Shown: piece after piece, positions 27,185 through 37,979 of the stretch
Layout of the letters: each line of letters begins with the position of its first letter
Numbering within the stretch: position 1 is the stretch's first letter
Assembly (NCBI GenBank): GCA_937975135.1
Contig: CALJVA010000048.1
Coordinates: 12,208-76,207, forward strand
Reading direction: 5' to 3'
Length of the DNA: 64,000 nucleotides
DNA from: an uncultured Thermoactinomycetaceae bacterium
GTDB taxonomy: Bacteria; Bacillota; Bacilli; Thermoactinomycetales; CALJVA01
The notes under the pieces: model-generated
The model's input: only the letters and a program-made list of their open reading frames with translations
Told to the model about the DNA's origin: nothing
Database searches by the model: none
Translations under genes and position numbers: made by a program

Positions 27185-29809
27185 GTGACGAAATATACCC
27201 CGATGATCCGGCAGTATTTATCAATAAAAGAAGAAGTTGGAGATGCTTTTTTATTTTTTCGCCTCGGGGACTTTTATGAGTTGTTCTTTGAAGATGCGAT
27301 CAAAGCAGCAGAAGAATTAGAGATTACCTTAACGGGGCGCGGAGCGGGAGAGGAACGGATCCCCATGTGTGGGGTGCCCTACCATTCAGCAGAGGGATAC
27401 ATTCAGCGTCTGATTGAAAAAGGATATAAGGTGGCCATCTGTGAACAGGTGGAAGATCCTGCTACCGCCAAAGGAGTGGTTAAACGGGAAGTAGTCAGGG
27501 TGGTTACTCCCGGGACGGTGATTGAGGAAAATTTATTGGCGGAACATGAAAATAATTTTTTGGTGGTATTAGCCTCTTATCAGGGTGTGTATGCTCTTTC
27601 CGCCAGTGATTTATCCACAGGAGAATGTCATGTGACGACTTTAGATGGAGAGGTAGAGGCTCTTGATGAGGTGCTCTCCTATCGGCCGAAGGAAGTGTTG
27701 TTAGATCCTGGTCTTGCTACAGATAAGGAGTTGACAAATACCTTAACCCAACGGTTAGGATATATCGGGGGTCTCTTGACGGTATTGGAAGAAGAAAAGA
27801 TTCCGTCTTGGGATGAGATGGAGAATCGACTGGAAAAGCAATTTGCTTCTTTTCGTGAGGCCTGCCCTACGAAGGAGCGGGTATGGGTGATGGGGCTGCT
27901 TCTTATTTATCTGGAGCATACCCAAAAACGCTCCTTAGGTCATATGAATCGGATTCGTCCATATGATTCCCGTCAGTTTATGTTTTTGGATGATGCAGCA
28001 AGGCGCACATTAGAGTTGACAGAGACTTTGCGGGAAGGGAAGCGGCAAGGCTCATTATTGGGATTGATTGATCGTACTGCAACTGCGATGGGTTCACGGT
28101 TGTTAAAAAAATGGCTGGACAAGCCACTTTTGAAAAAGGAAGAAATTGAAGCTCGTCTTGATGCGATCCAAGCTCTACGTGATGATTTGCTTCTACTGGA
28201 GGAGATCCGAGAGCAATTAAAAGCCGTCTATGACTTGGAGCGTTTGGCTGCTCGAATTGCTTACGGGAGTGCTAGCGGCCGGGATTTACAAGGGTTGTTA
28301 CGATCTCTTCGCTCCCTACCTAAAATTAAGGAGCACATCTTACAACGGGAATCGGAGGCCTTGAGGCGGTTGGTTGTAAAGATGGATCTTTGCCAGGATG
28401 TGGCTGATCTAATTGATCAGGCGATTGTAAACGATCCTCCACTCTCAGTAAAAGAGGGCGGGGTGATTAAGGATGGATATGATGCAGAATTGGATCGTCT
28501 GCGTTCTGTGCAGAAAGAAGGAAAAGAGTGGCTAGCTCAATTGGAGGCCCGGGAGCGGGAAGAAACGGGGATTAAGTCTCTGAAAGTAGGTTACAACCGG
28601 GTGTTCGGGTATTACATAGAGGTGACAAAGCCCAATCTACACCTGCTTCCTGAAGGTCGATACCAGCGAAAGCAGACATTGGCTGGGTCAGAACGCTTTA
28701 TCACCCAAGAGCTAAAGGAACGGGAACAAAGTATTTTGGATGCAGCCGAAAAGTCGATGGAGCTGGAGTATCAGCTTTTTGTGCAAGTACGGGAGAAAAT
28801 TGCAAAGGAAACAGCACGTCTCCAAGCCCTGGCGGAACAAGTGGCGCAGTTGGATGTGTTGCAATCCCTTGCCTCTGTGGCCCATCGGTATCATTATGTT
28901 CGCCCAACCTTTAGCCGAGATCGTTTTTATATCAAAGGGGGGCGGCATCCGGTAGTAGAAGCAGCGGTAGGAGAGGAACATTATGTGCCTAATGATACAG
29001 AGCTGAGTTCAAAGCGACAGATCCTTTTGATCACAGGGCCCAATATGGCCGGAAAAAGTACCTATATGCGTCAGGTGGCTTTGATCGCTATCATGGCTCA
29101 AATTGGGAGCTTCGTCCCCGCAGAGAAAGCGGAGGTGCCCATCTTGGACCGGATTTTTACTCGAATTGGTGCGGCAGATGATCTGGCTGGGGGACGGAGT
29201 ACTTTTATGGTGGAGATGACGGAAACCTGTACCGCCTTGTCCGAAGCAACGCCTCGAAGTCTTATTTTGTTGGATGAGGTAGGAAGAGGTACATCTACCT
29301 ATGATGGAATGGCTTTAGCCCAGGCGATTTGTGAGTATATCCATGATCGGGTAGGGGCAATGACGCTTTTTTCGACTCATTATCATGAGCTGACTGAGTT
29401 GGAGCAAAAGTTGCCGAGGGTTGCAAATGTGCATGCGCGTTGTGTAGAACGGGAGGGCAAGGTGGTATTTCTTTATCGTGTGGAGCCGGGCCGGGCGGAT
29501 AAAAGCTATGGAATTCATGTGGCAGAGTTGGCAGGAATGCCGAAGGAAGCTATCCATCGAGCCCAGGCGATCCTGGAACAACTGGAAGGGAAAAAACAGG
29601 TGGCGGCAACAGAGCAGCTGGATTTATTCCAGTTTGTCAATGAGCCAGAGACCACTTCTAATCTTACTTCTACAGAAATCCAAGTGCTGGAATCGATTCG
29701 AGAGTGGGATCTCCTTGGAACGACGCCGATGGAATCCCTGCAATTTTTGATGGAGATACAAAAGAAGCTAAAGGAGAGTGGATCATCAAAGGGGGAGCAG
29801 GATGGGTAA
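27185..29809 (+). CDS. mutS: DNA mismatch repair protein MutS
   Basis: GTG start. MutS domains I-V, with Walker A GPNMAGKST, DEVGRGTSTYDG and STHYHEL. Confidence 0.99.
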   Translation: MTKYTPMIRQYLSIKEEVGDAFLFFRLGDFYELFFEDAIKAAEELEITLTGRGAGEERIPMCGVPYHSAEGYIQRLIEKGYKVAICEQVEDPATAKGVVKREVVRVVTPGTVIEENLLAEHENNFLVVLASYQGVYALSASDLSTGECHVTTLDGEVEALDEVLSYRPKEVLLDPGLATDKELTNTLTQRLGYIGGLLTVLEEEKIPSWDEMENRLEKQFASFREACPTKERVWVMGLLLIYLEHTQKRSLGHMNRIRPYDSRQFMFLDDAARRTLELTETLREGKRQGSLLGLIDRTATAMGSRLLKKWLDKPLLKKEEIEARLDAIQALRDDLLLLEEIREQLKAVYDLERLAARIAYGSASGRDLQGLLRSLRSLPKIKEHILQRESEALRRLVVKMDLCQDVADLIDQAIVNDPPLSVKEGGVIKDGYDAELDRLRSVQKEGKEWLAQLEAREREETGIKSLKVGYNRVFGYYIEVTKPNLHLLPEGRYQRKQTLAGSERFITQELKEREQSILDAAEKSMELEYQLFVQVREKIAKETARLQALAEQVAQLDVLQSLASVAHRYHYVRPTFSRDRFYIKGGRHPVVEAAVGEEHYVPNDTELSSKRQILLITGPNMAGKSTYMRQVALIAIMAQIGSFVPAEKAEVPILDRIFTRIGAADDLAGGRSTFMVEMTETCTALSEATPRSLILLDEVGRGTSTYDGMALAQAICEYIHDRVGAMTLFSTHYHELTELEQKLPRVANVHARCVEREGKVVFLYRVEPGRADKSYGIHVAELAGMPKEAIHRAQAILEQLEGKKQVAATEQLDLFQFVNEPETTSNLTSTEIQVLESIREWDLLGTTPMESLQFLMEIQKKLKESGSSKGEQDG

Positions 29810-31676
29810 GATTCGCATCTTAGATAGTCAATTGGCCAACCAGATTGCAGCGGGGGAGGTGGTAGAACGACCTGCCTCAGTTGTAAAAGAGCTGGTGGAG
29901 AATGCCTTGGATGCGGGAGCAACTCGAATTTTGACGCGGATTGAGGAAGGGGGGACGCGTCTTATTGCCGTCTCCGATAATGGTTCAGGCATGGATCGGG
30001 AGGATGTAGAACTCGCTTTTTCTCGCCATGCGACGAGTAAGATTCGCCGGGAACGAGATCTCTTTGCCATTCAAAGCCTCGGTTTTCGGGGAGAGGCGTT
30101 GCCCAGTATTGCTTCTGTTTCCCGGTTAACGCTTACTACGGCTGAAAAAGGAGGGGGGCCGGCAACGCAAGCAGAGTTGGAAGGGGGCGAATGGGTTTCG
30201 ATAAAGGAGACGGCTCGTTCCCCGGGAACCGATGTAGTGGTTCGGGACTTATTTTACAATACGCCGGCCCGTTTGAAATACCTAAAAACAGTCAACACTG
30301 AAGTTAGTCATGTAGCCGATCTCATTGGACGGTTGGCCTTAGCTCATCCCGATGTATCTTTTTTACTGGAACATAACCAGCGGGAGATTTTTCGCACTGC
30401 TGGGGACGGCAAATTGCTTCATGGGATTTTTGCTCTTTATGGGAAGCGAGTTGCCTCGAAAATGATTCCTTTGGCAGCAGAAGATATGGATTTTCGAATT
30501 TCAGGGTATGTAGGCCGGCCGGAAGTGCTTCGCTCGAATCGTTCCTATATTTCTACGATCATTAATGGACGTTTTGTCCGGAGTTTACCGCTTACCCAAG
30601 CAGTGATCCGGGGTTATGATACACTCCTTCCCGTAGGCCGCTTTCCCATTGCTGTGTTATTGATTGAAATGGATCCCAAGCTGGTCGATGTGAATGTCCA
30701 TCCGGCGAAGCTGGAAGTGCGGCTAAGTAAAGAGCGGGAGCTGGTCTCCTTGGTGGAACAGTCGATTCGCGAGCTATTTCAAAAACAAGTATTAATCCCC
30801 AAAGTGGAATCTCCTGTGTCGCAACGGCAGCCTCGCGTTAGACCTGTTCAACAGCGCTTAGATTTGGAGCAGGGAGTCACTAAGACCCCAAAGAATATAG
30901 TTCTTCCTCGAACCACATCCCCGGAATATATTAAGGAAGAAAGAGCGGTGTTTACTGAAAAACGACCGGTGCTACGACAAGAACAGCCAAGGGGGAAAAT
31001 CTTAAAGGTAGAGCCCCCAGAAAAGGCCCCGGAAGTAACTCCTCGTCCAAGGGAGTCGAGGGAGCATCCCCAAGAGATCGAAACGACTAAAGAGTCTTTT
31101 CCGGAGATGTCCCCTTTGACACAGATCCATGGGACTTATATCGTCGCCCAAGGGGAGGATGGTTTTTATCTTATTGATCAGCATGCCGCTCATGAGCGTA
31201 TCTATTATGAGATTTTCCGCGAAGAGTTCGGGAAAAAGACAGAGGATCGCCAAACGCTTTTATTACCTCTTTCCATTGAATGTACGGCAGCAGAGGCGGC
31301 AGTGGTGAAAGAGCACTTGGATCAGTTGGAGCATTTGGGTCTAGAATTGGAGCCCTTTGGTGGTACAACCTTTTTACTCCGTTCCCATCCGCGGTGGATT
31401 CCAGAGGAGAGCATTGAATCTGTTGTTCAGGAGATTATTGGTTGGTTGATGCAACGAGGAAGGGTAAAGACAGAGGAGCTCCGTGACGAGGGTGCTAAGA
31501 TGATGTCTTGCAAGGCAGCGATTAAGGCAAATCGCTTTTTACGGCAAGAAGAGATGGAGCACTTAATTAAACAATTAAAGGCATGCCAGAGCCCCTTTAC
31601 TTGTCCTCACGGTCGACCTGTGCTGATCCATTTTTCGACCCGTGAAATTGAAAAGATGTTTAAGCGGGTGATGTAG
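29802..31676 (+). CDS. mutL: DNA mismatch repair endonuclease MutL
   Basis: MGKIRILD...ANQIAAGEVVERP, GHKL ATPase motifs, C-terminal DQHAAHERI and CPHGRP. Overlaps the mutS stop by 8 nt. Confidence 0.98.
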   Translation: MGKIRILDSQLANQIAAGEVVERPASVVKELVENALDAGATRILTRIEEGGTRLIAVSDNGSGMDREDVELAFSRHATSKIRRERDLFAIQSLGFRGEALPSIASVSRLTLTTAEKGGGPATQAELEGGEWVSIKETARSPGTDVVVRDLFYNTPARLKYLKTVNTEVSHVADLIGRLALAHPDVSFLLEHNQREIFRTAGDGKLLHGIFALYGKRVASKMIPLAAEDMDFRISGYVGRPEVLRSNRSYISTIINGRFVRSLPLTQAVIRGYDTLLPVGRFPIAVLLIEMDPKLVDVNVHPAKLEVRLSKERELVSLVEQSIRELFQKQVLIPKVESPVSQRQPRVRPVQQRLDLEQGVTKTPKNIVLPRTTSPEYIKEERAVFTEKRPVLRQEQPRGKILKVEPPEKAPEVTPRPRESREHPQEIETTKESFPEMSPLTQIHGTYIVAQGEDGFYLIDQHAAHERIYYEIFREEFGKKTEDRQTLLLPLSIECTAAEAAVVKEHLDQLEHLGLELEPFGGTTFLLRSHPRWIPEESIESVVQEIIGWLMQRGRVKTEELRDEGAKMMSCKAAIKANRFLRQEEMEHLIKQLKACQSPFTCPHGRPVLIHFSTREIEKMFKRVM

Positions 31677-31678
31677 GT

Positions 31679-32464
31679 GTGTTTGTGACAACCTCTTATC
31701 AACCCCGTAAAGAGGAGCGGGAGCTGGCAATCAAAGTAGCTTCGGAGTTAGGGATCCCTTATTATGAACGAAAAAGGGAAGGGCTTTCCAAAATGTTTTC
31801 CCGTTTACAAAGGCGAGAGGCGATCGTAGTTACCCGCGAAGGAGTTCGGTGGGAGGATCATCAGGGAAGACGATTTTTCTTTCACCCCAATATGGCCACC
31901 CTACGGGTACAAGGGATGGCCCAGGGAAGAGAGGATCCGTTAGTGAAAGTGGCTGGCTTGCAACCGGGAGATCATGTTTTGGATTGTACCTTGGGAATGG
32001 GAGCCGATGCAATTGTATCTGCAGTGGCTGTAGGGAAACAGGGGCGTGTAGTTGGAGTAGAAAGTGTCCCAGCCATTTGTTTTCTGGTGAAGCATGGATT
32101 GAAAACATATCAGACGGATGATAAACTGCTTGAGAAAGGGATGCGTTCGATTGAAGTGGTTTGTGGAGATCATCGGCAATATTTGGCATCCTGTAAGGAC
32201 CGCTCTTTTGATGTGATCTTCTTTGATCCGATGTTTCGCGAAACTGTCTCTGCTTCGTCAGCGATGAGAGCACTAAAGCCGTTGGCCAATGATGAACCGT
32301 TGGAGATAGAGACGATTGAAGAGGCAGTGCGAGTTGCCCGGCGGCGTGTCGTATTAAAAGAGCGGAAAAAAAGTGCCGAATTTGCCCGACTTGGTTTTCA
32401 GGTCCTGTGGGAATCCCATACTTATGCATTAGGTGTAATTAATGTGGGGGAGAGGAGGGGATGA
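31679..32464 (+). CDS. Class I SAM-dependent methyltransferase (RsmJ-like)
   Basis: VLDCTLGMGADA (SAM motif I) and DVIFFDPMF resemble the RsmJ-type family. GTG start (31679 or 31685). Confidence 0.7.
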   Translation: MFVTTSYQPRKEERELAIKVASELGIPYYERKREGLSKMFSRLQRREAIVVTREGVRWEDHQGRRFFFHPNMATLRVQGMAQGREDPLVKVAGLQPGDHVLDCTLGMGADAIVSAVAVGKQGRVVGVESVPAICFLVKHGLKTYQTDDKLLEKGMRSIEVVCGDHRQYLASCKDRSFDVIFFDPMFRETVSASSAMRALKPLANDEPLEIETIEEAVRVARRRVVLKERKKSAEFARLGFQVLWESHTYALGVINVGERRG

Positions 32465-33393
32465 AAGAAGATCTGTTAGTAATTGTCGGGCCGACAGCCG
32501 TGGGCAAAACAAGGTTAAGCCTAGAGTTAGCAGCAGAGTTTAACGGGGAGATTATTTCGGGAGATTCCATGCAGGTATATCGTGGTATGGACATTGGAAC
32601 AGCGAAAGCGACTGCTGCTGAGCGAGCTAAAGTTCCACACCATCTGATTGATTTCCTGGATCCCGATCGCCCCTTCTCGGTAGAGGAATTTCAGCGTTTG
32701 GCACGGAAGAAGATTACCGAAATCCAAAACCGAAAGCATTTACCGATGTTGGTGGGAGGAACAGGACTTTATATTCAAGCGGTAACCCATGGTTATCAGT
32801 TTCCAGGGGTAGAAGCTGATCCAGATTTCCGTGAAGAGATGAATGCTTTTGCTGATCGTGAAGGGAATGAGGCGTTGCTGGAGAAGTTGCGAAAGGTTGA
32901 TCCCAAAACTGCCGCTCGTCTTCATCCCAACAACCGCCCCCGAGTGATCCGAGCCCTAGAGATCTATCGTGCTACTGGAAAGCCTGCTTCTCAATTGATG
33001 CGGAAAGAGTCCGAGTCTCCATATCACTTGTTGTGGATTGGGTTGACTAGGCCTCGGCCGATGTTGTATCAGCGCATTGATCAGCGGGTGGATTCGATGA
33101 TCGAAGCGGGTTTGGTAGAGGAGGTAGCCCGCTTGCGTCGGTTAGGGTATGGGAAGGATCTCCAATCGATGCAAGCCTTGGGGTATAAGGAGATCATGGA
33201 GTATCTCGAGGGTAGGATGTCATTGGCAGAGGCGATTGAGGAAATAAAACGTGGTACGCGGAATTATGCAAAGCGTCAACTTTCTTGGTTCCGTCGGATT
33301 AAAGAAATTAATTGGTTTGATGTGTCCGATCCGGAAACAGGAAAAGAAATTCAACAATTGGTAGCAGGAAACTTCCCTGGTTACAGAGAATAG
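32461..33393 (+). CDS. miaA: tRNA dimethylallyltransferase
   Basis: P-loop GPTAVGKT, SGDSMQVYRGMDIGTAK and GGTGLY. Confidence 0.98.
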   Translation: MKEDLLVIVGPTAVGKTRLSLELAAEFNGEIISGDSMQVYRGMDIGTAKATAAERAKVPHHLIDFLDPDRPFSVEEFQRLARKKITEIQNRKHLPMLVGGTGLYIQAVTHGYQFPGVEADPDFREEMNAFADREGNEALLEKLRKVDPKTAARLHPNNRPRVIRALEIYRATGKPASQLMRKESESPYHLLWIGLTRPRPMLYQRIDQRVDSMIEAGLVEEVARLRRLGYGKDLQSMQALGYKEIMEYLEGRMSLAEAIEEIKRGTRNYAKRQLSWFRRIKEINWFDVSDPETGKEIQQLVAGNFPGYRE

Positions 33394-33432
33394 AGTAAAC
33401 TAATGCCAAAGGTACATAGGAGGTACAGAGAC

Positions 33433-33678
33433 TTGAAGCAGGCAATCAACATTCAAGATACATTTCTAAACCAAATCCGCAAAGATGCGGTTCCCGTAAC
33501 GATTTATTTGATCAATGGCTTTCAATTGCGAGGAGTAGTACGGGGCTTCGATAATTTTACCATTGTGATCGATAGTGATGGGAAGCAACAGATGGTGTAC
33601 AAGCATGCTATTTCTACCTTTACTCCTTCCCGTGCAGTATCTCTCATGCCTCAGGACGAAGCGGATAAAGAAAGTTAA
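33433..33678 (+). CDS. hfq: RNA chaperone Hfq
   Basis: [13 protein letters not shown]...[15 protein letters not shown]...[12 protein letters not shown] start with AGGAGG 9 nt upstream aligns with the B. subtilis N-terminus. The track ORF (33403) has no RBS. Confidence 0.93.
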   Translation: MKQAINIQDTFLNQIRKDAVPVTIYLINGFQLRGVVRGFDNFTIVIDSDGKQQMVYKHAISTFTPSRAVSLMPQDEADKES

Positions 33679-33706
33679 AACCAAGTGGATGCCACTTGGT
33701 TTTTTT
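33679..33706 (+). terminator. Terminator after hfq
   Basis: AACCAAGTGG-atg-CCACTTGGTT followed by T6. Confidence 0.9.
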
Positions 33707-33778
33707 ATGTCTGGCACCAATGAATGGGCACTTGCGTATACTTAGGAGAGCCAGATTCCACAATTCGAGGTGACAGAC

Positions 33779-34756
33779 ATGAAAGGGCGTGTTAAGGCAC
33801 GCGAGTCGCACCGGATTCAGGTTGTATTGGATCAGCGGGTCGAGCACAATTATTCGTCGGATTTCCGATCAGATCAAGTGGCAATAAGAGCGGATGAGGT
33901 GTATGGTGAACTTCAACCATGTATGGATGAAATAAATAATTTGATTGGCCTCTCCCAAGTGAAGAAGTTTATACGTGAAATATACGCATGGTTGAAGGTT
34001 TGCCAAAAAAGGCGTTCCGCAGGGCTTACGGTGGATCAGCAGGTGCTTCATATGGTGTTTACCGGCAATCCAGGGACGGGAAAAACCACTGTGGCTCGGA
34101 TTTTTGGCCGGTTATTCAAGGAGATGGAAGTACTTTCCACAGGACATCTGGTAGAGGTTGAGCGGGCGGATCTTGTTGGAGAGTATATTGGACATACTGC
34201 CCAGAAAACTCGGGAGCATGTTCAAAAGGCATTGGGAGGAATTTTATTTATCGATGAGGCTTATTCCCTAGCCCGAGGAGGGGAGAAGGATTTTGGGAAA
34301 GAAGCTATTGATACATTGGTAAAAGCGATGGAGGATCATAAAAACGACTTTGTCCTTATTTTGGCTGGATATCCTGCGGAGATGGATCGTTTTATCCGTT
34401 CCAATCCCGGACTTCCTTCCCGCTTTCCGATCAAGTTAAACTTTCCGGATTTCACAATTCAGGAACTGATTGCTATTGGAGAGCAAATGCTTAAGGAGAG
34501 ACAATATCGACTGTCGGTACCAGCACGGGAGAAATTAAAGGGATATCTCTTAAAGGAGATTGGTCGTGGCTGGAACGACTTTGGCAATGCACGTCATGTG
34601 CGCAATGTGCTGGAACAGGCAATCCGGAATCAAGCTGTTCGGCTGCTCCATTCCCCTTATCCTACCCGAGATGAGCTGATGATCCTAAGAGCTGAAGATT
34701 TTCAATTTACTCCTGAGGGATCATCGAAATCACACACCTATTCATGGTATACTTAA
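33779..34756 (+). CDS. spoVK: Stage V sporulation protein K (AAA+ ATPase)
   Basis: Colinear with B. subtilis SpoVK (GNPGTGKTTVAR, ILFIDEAYSLARGGEKDFGKEAIDTLVK). ATG after GAGGTG; alternative GTG at 33770. Confidence 0.93.
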   Translation: MKGRVKARESHRIQVVLDQRVEHNYSSDFRSDQVAIRADEVYGELQPCMDEINNLIGLSQVKKFIREIYAWLKVCQKRRSAGLTVDQQVLHMVFTGNPGTGKTTVARIFGRLFKEMEVLSTGHLVEVERADLVGEYIGHTAQKTREHVQKALGGILFIDEAYSLARGGEKDFGKEAIDTLVKAMEDHKNDFVLILAGYPAEMDRFIRSNPGLPSRFPIKLNFPDFTIQELIAIGEQMLKERQYRLSVPAREKLKGYLLKEIGRGWNDFGNARHVRNVLEQAIRNQAVRLLHSPYPTRDELMILRAEDFQFTPEGSSKSHTYSWYT

Positions 34757-34771
34757 TTTGAAAAATATGAT

Positions 34772-36058
34772 GTGGCTCACCTAAGGAGGAGAGCGATAAT
34801 AGACGGAACAAAACGGGAACGGGCAATCATTATCGGTTTTGGCCCTAGACGAGAAGAAGAGGCAATTCGTTCTTCTCTAGATGAATTGGTTCGCTTAGCG
34901 GATACGGCTCAAGCCGATGTGATTGCCACTGAGATACAGTTTCTTGATCGACCAGACCCTTCGTGGATGATAGGACGTGGGAAGGCAGAGGAGATTGCCC
35001 GTTTGGCAGAAGAGCAGCAGGCGGATCTGATCATCTTTAATTCTGAGCTATCTCCGGCCCAGCAGAATCATTTACAAGAAATAATGCCTGGGAAGGTAAT
35101 TGATCGGACACGGTTGATCTTAGACATTTTTGCCATGCGTGCCAAAACCAAAGAAGGACGGATACAGGTAGAATTGGCCCAACTGGAATATCTGTTACCT
35201 CGCCTCACAGGTCGTGGTGGAGAAATGTCTCGTTTAGGAGGCGGAATTGGAACACGGGGTCCCGGAGAGAAGAAATTGGAGACAGACCGGCGAGCTATCC
35301 GCCGCAGAATCCGTGATTTAAAGCGCGAACTAGAGCAGGTTCGTCGGCACCGGGCTTTACATCTTGCCCGGCGCCGTAAAATGGAAATTACCCAAGTAGC
35401 TTTGGTAGGATACACCAATGCGGGGAAAACGACGCTGTTAAATCAACTGACCGGGGCAGGTGGATTAGCAGAGGATCGACTCTTTGCGACGCTTGATCCT
35501 ACTTCCCGTTTTCTACAATTACCTTCCAAAGAAAAAATACTTCTTACAGATACTGTTGGCTTTATTCAAGATCTACCCCATGAGTTGGTTGCTGCTTTTC
35601 GTTCTACTTTAGAGCAAGTGACTGAGGCAGATCTCTTATTACATGTGGTGGATGCCAGTCATCCGGAAGCAGATATGCAAATAGAAGTTGTGGACAAGGT
35701 GCTAACAGATCTCGGAGCAGGTAAGATTCCGATGCTGACAGTTTTAAATAAAGCAGATTTAGTACAGCAAGGGAGTTGGTTACCTGTTGGTCGCGATGCA
35801 ATTTCGATTTCTGCTTTTTCAAAGAAGGATTTATTCCGGTTGATTGAGGCGATCGATAAGAAGTTGTACGCTGAACAAATTTACGGTTCAGTGGAATTCC
35901 CTGTTTGGCGTGGTGAGTTGATTTCTACTTTGTATCAGACCGCGGAGGTGCTCAATACAAAGGTTACGGATCGAACGATCCAGATCGACTTTCGCCTTCC
36001 CTTGCGCCGCTTTGAGCGTCTTTCTCCTGAAGTGAAGGCTTTGATTCGAACAAGATAA
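34772..36058 (+). CDS. hflX: GTPase HflX
   Basis: HflX N-domain, G1 GYTNAGKTT, DTVGF and NKAD. GTG start without an obvious RBS, so the start is uncertain. Confidence 0.93.
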   Translation: MAHLRRRAIIDGTKRERAIIIGFGPRREEEAIRSSLDELVRLADTAQADVIATEIQFLDRPDPSWMIGRGKAEEIARLAEEQQADLIIFNSELSPAQQNHLQEIMPGKVIDRTRLILDIFAMRAKTKEGRIQVELAQLEYLLPRLTGRGGEMSRLGGGIGTRGPGEKKLETDRRAIRRRIRDLKRELEQVRRHRALHLARRRKMEITQVALVGYTNAGKTTLLNQLTGAGGLAEDRLFATLDPTSRFLQLPSKEKILLTDTVGFIQDLPHELVAAFRSTLEQVTEADLLLHVVDASHPEADMQIEVVDKVLTDLGAGKIPMLTVLNKADLVQQGSWLPVGRDAISISAFSKKDLFRLIEAIDKKLYAEQIYGSVEFPVWRGELISTLYQTAEVLNTKVTDRTIQIDFRLPLRRFERLSPEVKALIRTR

Positions 36059-36130
36059 TCAGGAACTGGGAATAGGGATGAGAAATGTTCAATCCCTCTC
36101 TTTTTTGTGTCTTAAAAATTAGAAGTAGAA

Positions 36131-37417
36131 ATGGTGTTGCATGTGTATAAATCATTGGTTCATAAAGAGCAGCTTTGGCAGTGGACACAGGAAGTAGAAA
36201 AGTTTATCGCTCCCCGGATATCGGAAATATCCCGCCAAGTAGATGAACATCAATGGCGGGTGATTGAGGCTTTTCGTGAGGCCGGAGTGAGTGATTACCA
36301 TCTCGTTGATTCAACCGGTTATGGATATGATGATTTGGGCCGTGAGACCTTAGAGCAAGTGTATGCAAAACTCTTTGGAGCAGAGGCTGCACTGGTAAGG
36401 CCCCAGATCATTTCCGGAACACATGCGATTGCAGCGAGTCTCTTTGGGGTGTTGCGCCCCAATGATGAATTGGTTTACATAACAGGTGCTCCCTACGATA
36501 CACTTTTAGAAGTGATTGGGATCAGGGGGAAGGCTTCTGGATCTCTCATTGATCTGGGAGTTTCTTATCGGGAAGTGGAACTTACTCCTGAAGGAGAAGT
36601 TGACTGGGAAGGGGTGCGAAAAGCCCTTGCCACCCGTCCGCGTTGTGTAGCGATTCAACGTTCCCGAGGTTATGAGCAACGTCCTTCCTTTACAATCGCT
36701 GAAATTGAGAAGATGGTCCACTTTGTGCGCAAAATTCACCCTGAGGCAATTATTTTTGTAGATAATTGCTATGGTGAGTTTGTAGAGGCGCTGGAGCCTA
36801 CTCATGTTGGGGCCGATTTGCTAGCAGGTTCCTTGATCAAAAATCCGGGGGGTGGTTTGGCTAAATCCGGGGGATATATTGTAGGTAGGCAAGAGGTAGT
36901 TGATTTGGCTGCTAGCCGTCTTTTTGCTCCAGGGATTGGAGCAGAAGGAGGGGCTATGCATGGGTACCAGCGGGACTATTTTCAAGGTCTTTTTCTTGCT
37001 CCTCATGTCGTTGGGGAGGCACTAAAAGGGGCTGTTTTTGCCGCGGCAATGTTGGAAAAAGCGGGGTTTTCCACTTCTCCTACTTGGGATGCCCCACGAA
37101 CGGACATTATCCAGCAGATCAATTTAGACCAGCGGGAGTTGTTAATCTCTTTCTGTCAAGGAATCCAAGCCGCATCTCCCATTGATGCCCATGTTACCCC
37201 AATGCCTTCACCGATGCCGGGATATGCGGATCCGGTGATTATGGCTGGAGGTACTTTTGTGCAAGGAGCAAGCATCGAGCTGTCAGCAGATGGTCCGCTC
37301 CGTCCACCCTATACTGTATTTATGCAAGGTGGTCTTACCTATTCCCATGTGAAAATCGGGGTTTTAACTGCATTGGATCGCGTACTTAGCGCTAAAAATC
37401 AAGAAAATCACTTCTAA
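36131..37417 (+). CDS. ynbB: Methionine gamma-lyase/cystathionine beta-lyase family protein (YnbB, aluminium-resistance-type)
   Basis: Follows hflX as in B. subtilis ynbA-ynbB. YnbB-like sequence (GYGYDDLGRE, LIKNPGGGLA). Confidence 0.8.
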   Translation: MVLHVYKSLVHKEQLWQWTQEVEKFIAPRISEISRQVDEHQWRVIEAFREAGVSDYHLVDSTGYGYDDLGRETLEQVYAKLFGAEAALVRPQIISGTHAIAASLFGVLRPNDELVYITGAPYDTLLEVIGIRGKASGSLIDLGVSYREVELTPEGEVDWEGVRKALATRPRCVAIQRSRGYEQRPSFTIAEIEKMVHFVRKIHPEAIIFVDNCYGEFVEALEPTHVGADLLAGSLIKNPGGGLAKSGGYIVGRQEVVDLAASRLFAPGIGAEGGAMHGYQRDYFQGLFLAPHVVGEALKGAVFAAAMLEKAGFSTSPTWDAPRTDIIQQINLDQRELLISFCQGIQAASPIDAHVTPMPSPMPGYADPVIMAGGTFVQGASIELSADGPLRPPYTVFMQGGLTYSHVKIGVLTALDRVLSAKNQENHF

Positions 37418-37441
37418 ATAGATAAAGAGGGAGAACAACGG

Positions 37442-37927
37442 ATGGAACTCTTATGGTGGATACTGATCATTATACTTTTTGTGGCCGGCTATGCAGGATT
37501 AATTGTTCCGATGTTACCAGGAGCTCCGCTTCAATTTATCGGGTTTTTGATTTACCATTTTGCGATTGATAATCAAGTATTGGGTCCCACTTTTTGGGTT
37601 GGAGCTGTATTGCTAAATATTATTATTTTCGCTGTTGACTATTTGGCGGGAGGGATCGCTACCCGGGCTTACGGTGGTTCCCGTTATTCGAGTTGGGCTG
37701 CAATTGCAGGGGCGTTAATTTTTCCATTTCTGTTAACCCCTTTGATTGGGATTATCGTAGGACCTATTATTGCTGTATTTATTGTGGAGCTTTTCCAGGG
37801 AAGAGGCTGGAAAGCAGCTTTAAAGGCAAGCTTTGGTAGCTTTGTTGGATTTATTGGTGGTGTTGTTGCCAAAGGATTATTGATGACCGCACTGATTGTA
37901 TGGTTTTTTATTCTTATCTTTATCTAA
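37442..37927 (+). CDS. DUF456-family membrane protein
   Basis: Four-TM small protein with an N-terminal LIVPMLPGAPL motif. Confidence 0.75.
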   Translation: MELLWWILIIILFVAGYAGLIVPMLPGAPLQFIGFLIYHFAIDNQVLGPTFWVGAVLLNIIIFAVDYLAGGIATRAYGGSRYSSWAAIAGALIFPFLLTPLIGIIVGPIIAVFIVELFQGRGWKAALKASFGSFVGFIGGVVAKGLLMTALIVWFFILIFI

Positions 37928-37951
37928 AGGGCGTTTAGAGAGTAAACTTTT

Positions 37952-37979
37952 GCCGTGGAGGAGGCTCCACGGCGTTTTT
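37952..37979. terminator. Bidirectional terminator between DUF456 and the convergent MFS gene
   Basis: GCCGTGGAG-gagg-CTCCACGGC followed by GTTTTTA. Confidence 0.85.

Noticed and set aside
7143-32429. Many 60-200-aa ORFs in the track that lie antisense to, or out of frame within, clearly homologous genes (for example 7143-7502-, 12864-13283-, 14817-15200-, 29515-29922-, 31830-32429-, 35068-35418-).
   Set aside because: They sit entirely inside confidently identified genes, have low-complexity or odd composition and lack RBSs. They are typical shadow ORFs.
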